DNA from: a virus
Taxonomy: Duplodnaviria > Caudoviricetes
DNA length: 24,545 nucleotides
IMG/VR virus record: IMGVR_UViG_3300033067_000081
Span: 1-24,545 of that record
Reading direction: 5' to 3' (one strand)
A program made the position numbers and the translations under genes. Of the stretch, positions 16,287 through 24,545 are shown piece by piece. How positions within the stretch are numbered: position 1 is the stretch's first letter; each line of letters begins with the position of its first letter. The notes beneath the pieces are model-generated. The model had not been told where the DNA came from. It searched no databases and saw only the letters and a program-made list of their open reading frames with translations.

Positions 16287-16366
16287 TAATGTTCGCTCTT
16301 AACTGAGAGTTTATGCAGTATACCCTCTGCGTAGGCCTAGAACGCCATTTAACAAGGAGAAACAAA

Positions 16367-17035
16367 ATGGGACGTCCAATTAAAAAGACATTTTTCGGGT
16401 CATTTAACACTGATGGAGTTGGTGGCGAAGGCGTAGCAACAGCTACAGTTGGTACCGCTGGTACAGGATACTATGCAAACGCAGTGGTTACATTCGGTGC
16501 ACCACAGATCGCAGGCGGTTCCGCAGCAACTGGTACGGTTGTTATTGGTAACGTAGTTATTGGTAACATTACTGGTGTTACAGTTACTAACGCAGGTTCT
16601 GGATACACTTCTGCACCTACTTTCACTATCACTGGTGCTAACACTAGCCCAGCTAACACTTTTGCAACTACATTAACAAGCAATGCAGTATTGAACGCAA
16701 TCAATGCAAACGCATGGGTTGACGGTGCATCTGTTGGTAAAGCAGCAGACATTGTTCGCCAAGTTGGTTCACGCCGTTTCCGCGTTACTAACGCAGACGG
16801 TACAAGCAATTGCAAATTGGTAACAACAGCAACCCCGGCGGCTGCTGGCGAAATGACTATCACTGCTACATTTGAAGATGATAGTACTTTCACTGTTGCT
16901 AAGATCACTGATCACTTAGTGTACAGCTCAACTGGTCAAGCATATTTGTGGGCAGACTATTCTGGTAGTAAGCCAGCATTTGCTACTGCAAGCAATGCTA
17001 CAGTTCCACCAACAGTTACAATTAGCAACAACTAA
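16367..17035 (+). CDS. Virion structural protein (possible head decoration protein)
   Basis: Start moved to ATG 16367 (MGRPIKK) behind an AAGGAG RBS. Thr/Gly/Ala-rich with a VTNAGSGYTSAP motif. It has its own promoter and terminator immediately after the MCP. The decoration role is an inference. Confidence 0.65.
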   Translation: MGRPIKKTFFGSFNTDGVGGEGVATATVGTAGTGYYANAVVTFGAPQIAGGSAATGTVVIGNVVIGNITGVTVTNAGSGYTSAPTFTITGANTSPANTFATTLTSNAVLNAINANAWVDGASVGKAADIVRQVGSRRFRVTNADGTSNCKLVTTATPAAAGEMTITATFEDDSTFTVAKITDHLVYSSTGQAYLWADYSGSKPAFATASNATVPPTVTISNN

Positions 17036-17047
17036 TTTAACACACCC

Positions 17048-17077
17048 AAAGATAGCGGCTTCGGCCGCTATTTTTTT
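17048..17077 (+). terminator. Intrinsic terminator with C(UUCG)G tetraloop
   Basis: ATAGCGGC-TTCG-GCCGCTAT followed by a T-tract; UUCG loops are typical of T4-type terminators. Confidence 0.92.
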
Positions 17078-17102
17078 GGACGCATTGTTTATTTTCTAAG
17101 CA

Positions 17103-17108
17103 TAAATA
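17103..17108 (+). promoter_or_regulatory. Late promoter core (TAAATA)
   Basis: CATAAATAT, 19 nt before ATG 17128 and after a terminator. Confidence 0.6.
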
Positions 17109-17127
17109 TCTAATATTGGAATGACAA

Positions 17128-17745
17128 ATGGCTAATTTTACTAGATTTAACGGTACATGGACAATTACTGGGGTTGACGCCACAAGTAACGTACAAGTTA
17201 ACTCTCACACGCTCATTGTTGGCGGTAACTTAAAGGTCCTAGGGTCGATTGCTAACGTTTCGGCAACCAATACACAAATCACTGACAACATTATCACCTT
17301 AAACCAAGGCGAAACTGGCGCAGGTGTAACAGCAGTGTATTCTGGTATCGAAGTTGATCGAGGAGCATTAGTAAAAACATCGATTCGCTGGAACGAATCG
17401 ACATTGCGTTGGGAGCTGACTACAGACGGATCTGTGTTTGTACCTATTGTTACTGGTACCAAAGGTATCCAGGGTGTTGGCGAAGATCCACAGCCGCAGT
17501 TGGGCGGCAACTTGAATGTGCTGTCTCGTACAATTTTTAGCTCAAACAATGAAGTAGTTAAATTTGATACTAACATTGCACTGCAAACAACAACCGTGGC
17601 ACCTAGTGTCTGGTCTGGGTACAATGTACTTTATTCTAAGACCCCAGAATTGGGCGGCAGCGGATTGTACATTACTAACACCACTACCCAACAACAAGAA
17701 TTAATCACAAAGAGCAAAGCGTTATTTTACGCTTTGATGATGTAA
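17128..17745 (+). CDS. Virion structural / fibre-associated protein
   Basis: DNIITLN.GE.GAG...SGIEVDRG...WNE...W and D..PQLGGNL motifs, typical of structural proteins of T4-like aquatic phages. Confidence 0.65.
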   Translation: MANFTRFNGTWTITGVDATSNVQVNSHTLIVGGNLKVLGSIANVSATNTQITDNIITLNQGETGAGVTAVYSGIEVDRGALVKTSIRWNESTLRWELTTDGSVFVPIVTGTKGIQGVGEDPQPQLGGNLNVLSRTIFSSNNEVVKFDTNIALQTTTVAPSVWSGYNVLYSKTPELGGSGLYITNTTTQQQELITKSKALFYALMM

Positions 17746-17755
17746 GGAAAATAAC

Positions 17756-18061
17756 ATGGCAATCACAAGCGTACAACTAACTACAACCGCAGCTAACGTA
17801 ATCTACGGTACTAGCACCCAAGCAAAAGGCATCACAGCAATGTATCTGTGCAATACCAATGGCACTGCATCCACTGCAAACGTTTTCTTGGTTCCAGCTG
17901 GCGGAACAGTTGCAAATTGCAGAATTTATTCCAATCTAGTAATTGCAGCATCCGACACTCACATTTCTGACTTAGAGAGAATTGTGCTAGATGCCGGCGA
18001 TAGTATTTGGGCAAATGCTAGCGGGAACATTGTGATGACTGTTAGCTCTATGGGAGCTTAA
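17756..18061 (+). CDS. Small beta-rich putative virion protein
   Basis: 101-aa ORF with AAGGA RBS, tightly packed in the late operon. LCN...A.VFLVP and ERIVL..GD.I.A motifs. Confidence 0.65.
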   Translation: MAITSVQLTTTAANVIYGTSTQAKGITAMYLCNTNGTASTANVFLVPAGGTVANCRIYSNLVIAASDTHISDLERIVLDAGDSIWANASGNIVMTVSSMGA

Positions 18062-18063
18062 TA

Positions 18064-18492
18064 ATGGCCCGATATCTAAAAAATACACAACTTAAAGGTG
18101 GTAGTTACGCTATTCAGCTGCCACTTGGTACTAGCAGCTTAGGCCCTGACGCCCCGGTTGCTGGACAAATTCGTTACAATCAAACAACTAGCAAAATTGA
18201 ATTTTACTACAACGGTGTATGGAACCAAGTTGCTAAGATTGGCACTGTGTCATTGGTAGTTGACGAATTTACGGGCGATAACACCACCGTTGACTTTACA
18301 ATGAGCCAGAGCGAAAGCAATGCCTCTAATATTCTAGTAACGATCAGTGGCGTGTACCAAGCACCTATAAACAACTATACTGTATCTGGAACACAAATTA
18401 CGTTTACTAGCGCACCACCGGCAGTTGATGCAAGCGGTAACCCAAACAAAATTATTGTGGTTCACAATATCAACTCTACTAACGCAGCTTAA
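18064..18492 (+). CDS. Putative virion fibre-module protein
   Basis: LP.GT....P.....G.IRYN.....E.Y....W followed by F.GD.....F.......V...G..Q.P...YTVSG..ITF. The same module occurs in the 20532 protein. Confidence 0.65.
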   Translation: MARYLKNTQLKGGSYAIQLPLGTSSLGPDAPVAGQIRYNQTTSKIEFYYNGVWNQVAKIGTVSLVVDEFTGDNTTVDFTMSQSESNASNILVTISGVYQAPINNYTVSGTQITFTSAPPAVDASGNPNKIIVVHNINSTNAA

Positions 18493-18511
18493 TAGGGTAA
18501 CGGAGATTTAA

Positions 18512-20530
18512 ATGGCAATTGGTAGAGTCTCAGGTTCAATGCTAGTGTCCAATTTGGACAGACAAGGCGCGGACTTACAATTTACAACAGGCAATCAGCC
18601 GTTGTTTTACTTGAACTTTAGTCAGTTCAAGGCCGGTATTAATACCAACGTGGTCTCGCAGACTCTAACTATCAATGGCAATTTAAGTACCAGCGGATTA
18701 GTATTTGATGGCAACACTATATCTACTAAAAACGGCGGAAGCATAACATTACTAGGAAATGCAAATCTAGGAAGTATTGGCAACGTCAAGATTACTGGCG
18801 GTACTAACGGATACATTATTAAAACTGATGGGAACGGCAATCTAAGTTTTGTAGATGTTTCAACTGTTGCAGGATCAATTTATGGTAATGCAGTTCAAAT
18901 GGGTGCAAACACTGCTGGCGCACTAGTAAGCAACGCAGTTTCGTTTACAACAACCACTTCGGTTACAAATGGCATCGCTCAATTAAACCAAGTACTAGGG
19001 AAACTTGTTCCTCCGGCACCCCCAACGTTCCCGGGTAGCAACTCTATTGTTATTAACGGATTGTCATCGTACCGCATGACAACAGTGTCTCAAGTGGACT
19101 TAACAGGCAACTCAAGAACAGTAGCAGCAGGTGCAACAGTTGCTAACGTTATTAGAACCAGCAGCTATACTACATCAAACATTAGTACAGTCGGTCCAGG
19201 AGACGTTGGTACTATAACAGCATACAAGAATGGTGTGAGCATGGGCTCACGAGTATTAACCGCTGGGCCAGATAACGGCACCTTTGGTCACTTGGTTATT
19301 GGTAACAACGTTGACTACGGTATTGTTACTGGGGCAGCACAAGGCTTCTGGGAAAGTTGCAACGTGTATGCCACTGGGTCAAACGTAAGCCCTGGTTGGA
19401 ACGAAGTATACATAAATCACTCACAAGGATTGCCATCTAACGTTCGTTGGTGGTATTATGATGCTAGCAGTCCCGGTACTCCTGCATTTTCTTCACCGAC
19501 TATTGTAAACTCAAGTAACGTGGTATTGTACTCTAGTACAGTGCCTCACTATACCAACAGCGCAACCTTTACAGTCTCGGTTGCAGTTAACAGATTAAGC
19601 GGAGACATGTATCCAACAAGTGATACATTCTTTACTGGAACATCGGGTGGTGCGTTTGCTGCACCAGCTTCTGTGACTTATGCTGGTGCAGGAATTTCAA
19701 CTCCTCTTGCAGCTAACTTGTATGTTGCATCTGGTAGCACAGTAGTATCAACTACGGCGAGTATTATTTCTGGATTCGGATCCAGTTCAACTGGGCCATC
19801 GGTTACGGTTAATAACAGCTATGCAACAGGCAACCAATCGTTTACATCGGCTTTGGCTAGCACAGTCCTTTACAAGACCGGAACATCAAGTTTGATGGAA
19901 GAAACTAACATTACATTTGGCTCTGTAGTTGGTTCTGGATCTGGCGCCGCAGTTCGTATTATAAATCCTGGCAGCACCGACACACCAGCGTATTCGGCAG
20001 GTGCAACAGCATTTAACAGCCAGACTAGCACATTACAAACTTACGATGCCACAATCGTCGGGGCAGTATTAAAACACGACCAAACCAACTATTCTACTGG
20101 ATACTTGCCAGCCGGGCCAAACCTAAGCGTTGGGCGTTCGGGATCTCAGTACTTCACCTTTAAGTTTGTTCGCACATCAGTATCGAAATTTAACATCAAG
20201 TTTACTGGTACAATTGCTGGTATGTGGGTAGCACTACCTGGAAGCTCAATTGATGCGGCGTCGACTATTAATGGGTGGCTAGATATGAGTACCGCGTATG
20301 CTGGTTCTGGTATACCAGGAGCTAACACAGGCGCAGGCGGCAACGGATCTAACGGTTGTGCATTAGGGGGCGTTGTTACATTAAACAGTGCAGTAACTGC
20401 ACACAGCAAGACATGTACGTTCGGTACAGTGTCTAGTTCGAGCACTGCAACAAATGAAATATATGTTCGAATTGAATTAACAAGTGGGCAGAGTGTAACA
20501 GCACTGTCGCTAGAAACGGCAAGTAACTAA
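18512..20530 (+). CDS. Large Ser/Thr/Gly-rich virion structural (fibre/baseplate-associated) protein
   Basis: 672-aa ORF with GGAG RBS and MAIGRVSG.ML..NL.R.G.DL N-terminus. Fibre-like GNL/TDG.GNLSF segments followed by a beta-rich body. Confidence 0.65.
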   Translation: MAIGRVSGSMLVSNLDRQGADLQFTTGNQPLFYLNFSQFKAGINTNVVSQTLTINGNLSTSGLVFDGNTISTKNGGSITLLGNANLGSIGNVKITGGTNGYIIKTDGNGNLSFVDVSTVAGSIYGNAVQMGANTAGALVSNAVSFTTTTSVTNGIAQLNQVLGKLVPPAPPTFPGSNSIVINGLSSYRMTTVSQVDLTGNSRTVAAGATVANVIRTSSYTTSNISTVGPGDVGTITAYKNGVSMGSRVLTAGPDNGTFGHLVIGNNVDYGIVTGAAQGFWESCNVYATGSNVSPGWNEVYINHSQGLPSNVRWWYYDASSPGTPAFSSPTIVNSSNVVLYSSTVPHYTNSATFTVSVAVNRLSGDMYPTSDTFFTGTSGGAFAAPASVTYAGAGISTPLAANLYVASGSTVVSTTASIISGFGSSSTGPSVTVNNSYATGNQSFTSALASTVLYKTGTSSLMEETNITFGSVVGSGSGAAVRIINPGSTDTPAYSAGATAFNSQTSTLQTYDATIVGAVLKHDQTNYSTGYLPAGPNLSVGRSGSQYFTFKFVRTSVSKFNIKFTGTIAGMWVALPGSSIDAASTINGWLDMSTAYAGSGIPGANTGAGGNGSNGCALGGVVTLNSAVTAHSKTCTFGTVSSSSTATNEIYVRIELTSGQSVTALSLETASN

Positions 20531-20531
20531 T

Positions 20532-22373
20532 ATGGCGATATCTGATTCAGCAAAAGTTGACCTGTTATACAAGAAGTATTTTGGCGTTGCCAAGACTGAT
20601 ACTCCTACTAACAAGAGTCCAAGTAACGAATCGATTGCTAGCCCGTCGCTATTGCGTGGCGAGAACGTGTGGCAGCAATCGGCTAGTATTCCAACAACTG
20701 CCGCAGCAGTGGCAGGTGTTGTTCAGGCATATCAGACAACCGGTCGAGTTGAGTGTGTGCCCGATACAACTGCCACTCCGGTCGGCGGGGTATATCCAAC
20801 CTGGAAAACAAATTTATCCAATTGGATCCCTTCGGAATTTGGGGCCACGTACTTTGTAAAGATATATGCCGAGACCACAGGCAATGCAAACCCAACAGTT
20901 GGTACTCCTCTAAGTGATTCTGGTATCGGTGGTGTTGGTGAATGGAACTTTGATTACCAGGCCGGTGTACTAAACTTCATTGGCGGCACCATTCCGGCTA
21001 CATTAACAGCCGGTAAAGTTATATACGTTACAGGATATAGATATATCGGAACTCAAGGCGTGTCGGCATTCCCTAACGGTATCTCGATAGGGAACCTTAC
21101 TATCTCTGGTAACACTATCTCTGGCAATAGTAATGTAACAATCAGTAACAGCATCACAACAACACAGCTTAATGCGACCACAGTGGTTGCGTCAGGGAAT
21201 ATTTCTGCAGGTGATGTAAACGGAACGTTGCACGGAAACGTAACTGGCCAGACTGGGTTGTTCTCTTCAAACGTAACATCGCAAGGTTACATGGCATTTG
21301 GTCTAAATGCCGAAATATTACAAGCTGGTGTTGCTGCATTTGTTAACGACAGTTATGGATTTACTACTCAGTACAACACTGCGGTAGTCATCAATAATAT
21401 GCAAGGTGCAACTAACCAGACATTGTTCCTTGGTGACACTGGAATTGGCAATGCTAGAACATTACTTGGCGTGTCAATCAGTGGGACACCTATAATGAAT
21501 CTAACTGGCGCCGGCGACTTGACTATCACTGGTAACTTGTATGCTCCGGTAGTAGGTAATGTAACTGGCACAGTGACAGGAAACATTGCTGGTACAACAG
21601 CAAGTTTTACGACAGTTGGCGGTACACTAACAACAGCGGCCCAGCCCAACATTACCAGCGTTGGTACATTAACTAGTTTGTCAGTCACTGGAAATATTGC
21701 AACAACCAGCAATGTCACAGCATCTAGCGTTATCGCAGATCATTACGGCGATGTATACACAAATAACATTAATGGGATCAATGGTAACTTAACAATTACT
21801 GTACCAACAAACCAAGTTGCAATTATCTCGTCAGATCAGGCTGTTAAGTTGCCAAGCGGAACATCGTCTGCTAGACCAACTGGCGTAGCAGGGTACATTC
21901 GTTACAACTCGGACACCACGAACGTTGAATACTATGACGGATCGTCTTGGGTCACGGTAACAAACAAGGTGTCTAGCCAGACATTCAGTGGAGATGGTGT
22001 TAACGCCACTTATACATTGAGTCAAGCGTCGACTGTACAAAACTTGTTAGTTAGCGTTAACGGTACATTGCAGCAACCTACTACTTCGTATACAGTATCG
22101 GGCGACCAGATTACGTTCACTGAAGTTCTGCTAACTTCGGACGTTGTTGATATTCGATACCTTGGTGGTGTTACAAGTTTCAGTGGCATTGTGACTAACG
22201 ACTTGGAAATCCAGGGCAACTTAACCATTACTGGAATATTGCAAGCACCTCAAGCAACTAAGGCAAGCAATGCACCCGGTACAACTGGGCAAGTTTGCTG
22301 GGATTCAAACTATATCTACGTTTGCACTGCACCTAACACTTGGAAACGTACTGCCCTTGCTGGCGGCTACTAA
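20532..22373 (+). CDS. Tail-fibre-like structural protein
   Basis: 613 aa. GN[VIL]T-rich shaft and AAQPNITSVGTLTSL motif, a G.IRYN module, and a C-terminal G.VCWD.NY.YVC.A.NTWKR motif common at fibre C-termini. Confidence 0.7.
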   Translation: MAISDSAKVDLLYKKYFGVAKTDTPTNKSPSNESIASPSLLRGENVWQQSASIPTTAAAVAGVVQAYQTTGRVECVPDTTATPVGGVYPTWKTNLSNWIPSEFGATYFVKIYAETTGNANPTVGTPLSDSGIGGVGEWNFDYQAGVLNFIGGTIPATLTAGKVIYVTGYRYIGTQGVSAFPNGISIGNLTISGNTISGNSNVTISNSITTTQLNATTVVASGNISAGDVNGTLHGNVTGQTGLFSSNVTSQGYMAFGLNAEILQAGVAAFVNDSYGFTTQYNTAVVINNMQGATNQTLFLGDTGIGNARTLLGVSISGTPIMNLTGAGDLTITGNLYAPVVGNVTGTVTGNIAGTTASFTTVGGTLTTAAQPNITSVGTLTSLSVTGNIATTSNVTASSVIADHYGDVYTNNINGINGNLTITVPTNQVAIISSDQAVKLPSGTSSARPTGVAGYIRYNSDTTNVEYYDGSSWVTVTNKVSSQTFSGDGVNATYTLSQASTVQNLLVSVNGTLQQPTTSYTVSGDQITFTEVLLTSDVVDIRYLGGVTSFSGIVTNDLEIQGNLTITGILQAPQATKASNAPGTTGQVCWDSNYIYVCTAPNTWKRTALAGGY

Positions 22374-22392
22374 TTAATACACCTGTTTAACC

Positions 22393-22426
22393 ATAGCTTT
22401 GCCGTAACTGGCAAGGCTATCCTTTT
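22393..22426 (+). terminator. Probable intrinsic terminator / hairpin
   Basis: ATAGCTTTGCC-GTAACT-GGCAAGGCTAT (11 bp, one G-U) followed by CCTTTT, a weak U-tract. Confidence 0.6.
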
Positions 22427-22429
22427 GGC

Positions 22430-22435
22430 TAAATA
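22430..22435 (+). promoter_or_regulatory. Late promoter core (TAAATA)
   Basis: CTAAATAT before a GGAG RBS and ATG 22456. Confidence 0.6.
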
Positions 22436-22455
22436 TGTATATTGGAGCGTTGACA

Positions 22456-24545
22456 ATGGCTGTAACCAGAATTAAGAATAACCAAATTACAGACTCGACT
22501 ATCACCTATGCAAAGATTGCACCGGGTACTTTAGTTGGTAGTAATTTTAACCAGAATTTAACATTAAATTCTAACGTTAGCATTGTAGGTAATTTAACGA
22601 TTACTGGTACTTCGAGTTCGATTAACTCGACAAACACCTACGTCAATGATCCGCTGATTGTGTTCAATAACGGTTACACCGGATCTTTGGTTGGTTACGA
22701 TATTGGTATGATTGTTAACCGTAACCTGTCAGCTTTAAATGGTTACGGTAGCGTTAACACTGCTTGGGTATGGGTAGAAGCAGATGCAGCCTTTGAAGCG
22801 ATTGCAACTACAGATGCGGGCACTGGTGTAACGAGCATTAACAATAGCGGCTTTGCAAATATTAAGGTAGGTAACGTTACTGCAATCAGCGGAACATACA
22901 GCGGAACCATTGCAGCGGCAATCCTAAACGGTTCGCACACCGGCACAGCAGCGTTTACAACCGCCACAGCAACAAATTTCTCTACGGGCAATGCTCAAGT
23001 AACTGGCGGCAATGTTCAGGGCGTTACTTACTTAAATGCAGTTAACTTTAGTACTGGCAATGCTCAGATCACTGGCGGTGCCTTAAACGGGACGTCAGTT
23101 GGTGCAACAACGCCGGCAGCAGGTTTCTTTACAAATACAACAACTGGTACATTATCGGTAACTGGGGATTCTTCACTAGCAGGAAACTTGAGTGTTACCG
23201 GTAACATTACTTTGGCAGCAGGCAATATTACCTCTGCAAACTCTGCGTTCTTTGTCGGTAATACAATTACTGGATTTAATGCATTGTACGCCGGTATTCC
23301 GACTGGATACACAATATTGCCGCAGGTGGTTGCGCAATTTTCGGAAAATTACAACGGCTATGCGCAGTTAAACACACAGAACATTAACGCCGGCGGCGAT
23401 GCAACGTCAGACTATGTTGCAACGGCTAACAACGGTGACGATACAACTTTCTATGTTGACTTAGGTATTGCTGGCAGTGGGTACGATCCAAACAGCCCCG
23501 AAAACAGTCTCGGGTCAGCAATGTACCCAAATGATGCATACCTATATACTCAAGCAAACACATCGGCAGAAGCCGGTGGTAACTTGGTAATTGGTAGCAC
23601 AACATCTGACCGTTCGGTGAAATTTGTTATTGGTGGCGGCAACGTAGAGCACATATCAACTACAATTAACCACCCGGGCACATCGTCTACATCTACCACC
23701 ACAGGCGCATTAGTGGTCAATGGTGGTGTGGGTGTAAACGGAAATTTAACAGCAGTTTCGGTATACGGAAACGTGATTGCTCAATATGCATCTCCTGCAA
23801 ACTTCTCTACAGGCAATGCTCAGATCACTGGCGGCAGTGTTACTGGTGTCACTGGTGCAGCAACTACTTTCACTGCAACTAACTTCAGCAGCGGCAATGC
23901 TCAAATCACTGGGGGCAATGCTCAAGGGCTAACATACTTACAAGCCACTAACTTCTCAACTGGTAACGCATTAATTACTGGGGGTAGTTTAACCGGATTT
24001 ACTGGTGCAGCAACCACATTACAAGCCACTAACTTCTCAACTGGCAATGCCCAGATCACCGGCGGAAACGCACAAGGCCTAGCATATCTACAATCTACCA
24101 ATTTCTCAACTGGTAATGCATTAATTACTGGTGGTAGCATACAGAATATTTCTGTAATGCAAGCCACCAACTTTAGTACACCGAACGCAGCAATTACTGG
24201 CGGATCAATCACTGGTGTTAGCGGCTCAGCATCAACATTATTAGTTAGTAACTTTGGTACTGCCAATGCACAAATCACTGGCGGTAACGTACAAGGCATC
24301 GTATATTCACAGGCCACAAACTTCTCAACTGGTAACGCACGTATTACAGGCGGTAGCTTAACTGGATTCACTGGTGCAGCAACCACATTACAAGCCACTA
24401 ACTTCTCAACTGGCAATGCTCAGATCACTGGCGGTAGCTTAACTGGATTCACTGGCGCAGCAACCACATTACAAGCCACTAACTTCTCAACTGGCAATGC
24501 TCAGATCACTGGCGGTAGCTTAACTGGATTCACTGGCGCAGCAAC
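22456..24545 (+). CDS. Large repetitive tail-fibre-like protein, 3' truncated (absent from the ORF track because no stop falls in the window)
   Basis: GGAG RBS, ATG 22456, MAVTRIKNNQITDSTIT...VNDPLIVFN. The frame is consistent with all downstream NFSTGNAQITGG repeats to the window end (about 696 codons). Confidence 0.85.
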   Translation, partial: MAVTRIKNNQITDSTITYAKIAPGTLVGSNFNQNLTLNSNVSIVGNLTITGTSSSINSTNTYVNDPLIVFNNGYTGSLVGYDIGMIVNRNLSALNGYGSVNTAWVWVEADAAFEAIATTDAGTGVTSINNSGFANIKVGNVTAISGTYSGTIAAAILNGSHTGTAAFTTATATNFSTGNAQVTGGNVQGVTYLNAVNFSTGNAQITGGALNGTSVGATTPAAGFFTNTTTGTLSVTGDSSLAGNLSVTGNITLAAGNITSANSAFFVGNTITGFNALYAGIPTGYTILPQVVAQFSENYNGYAQLNTQNINAGGDATSDYVATANNGDDTTFYVDLGIAGSGYDPNSPENSLGSAMYPNDAYLYTQANTSAEAGGNLVIGSTTSDRSVKFVIGGGNVEHISTTINHPGTSSTSTTTGALVVNGGVGVNGNLTAVSVYGNVIAQYASPANFSTGNAQITGGSVTGVTGAATTFTATNFSSGNAQITGGNAQGLTYLQATNFSTGNALITGGSLTGFTGAATTLQATNFSTGNAQITGGNAQGLAYLQSTNFSTGNALITGGSIQNISVMQATNFSTPNAAITGGSITGVSGSASTLLVSNFGTANAQITGGNVQGIVYSQATNFSTGNARITGGSLTGFTGAATTLQATNFSTGNAQITGGSLTGFTGAATTLQATNFSTGNAQITGGSLTGFTGAA
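22975..24545 (+). repeat. Coding repeat NF(S/G)TGNAQITGG, 12 copies, in 69-nt and 81-nt units
   Basis: Unit starts at 22975, 23044, 23800, 23881, 23950, 24031, 24100, 24169, 24250, 24319, 24400 and 24481. Confidence 0.92.

Noticed and set aside
8030-24416. Numerous long minus-strand ORFs (for example 9365-10015, 12303-13088, 15362-15880, 23922-24416)
   Set aside because: These are antisense shadows of strongly supported plus-strand genes with biased codon usage, and show no independent motifs.
23800-24545. CRISPR-like array (conserved ~36-nt core with 33-45-nt intervals)
   Set aside because: All periods are multiples of 3 within one open frame, variation is largely synonymous, the intervals are themselves repeated, and no cas genes are present.
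1-24545. Alternative genetic code (stop-codon reassignment) or a diversity-generating retroelement
   Set aside because: Conserved genes are full-length in the standard code, with TAA, TAG and TGA all at plausible gene ends. No reverse transcriptase or adenine-variant TR/VR pair was seen.

Overview
This window is a segment of a T4-like (T4 superfamily) myovirus genome, read in the standard genetic code. From left to right it carries the end of the gp47/Mre11-like nuclease and the gp46/Rad50-like ATPase, interleaved with three radical SAM (SPASM/twitch-type) genes. Next come a stand-alone 143-aa Seg-like GIY-YIG nuclease domain and about 470 nt of ORF-free, densely base-paired sequence, which is a candidate large structured ncRNA. 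A minus-strand operon (gp26-like, gp51-like, DUF6165-like) is divergent from a tape-measure-like gene. Then follow the head module (portal gp20, two core-type proteins, protease gp21, scaffold gp22, major capsid gp23) and a run of Thr/Gly/Asn-rich virion or fibre genes, the last truncated by the window edge and built of 23/27-aa repeats. TAAATA late-promoter boxes and intrinsic terminators punctuate the late region. The strongest candidate for an undescribed system is the minimal GIY-YIG nuclease plus the adjacent ~450-nt structured RNA. Second is a likely -1 ribosomal frameshift fusing the gp26-like and gp51-like ORFs, in the manner of lambda G/GT. All calls come from reading motifs and pairings by eye; no searches were run.
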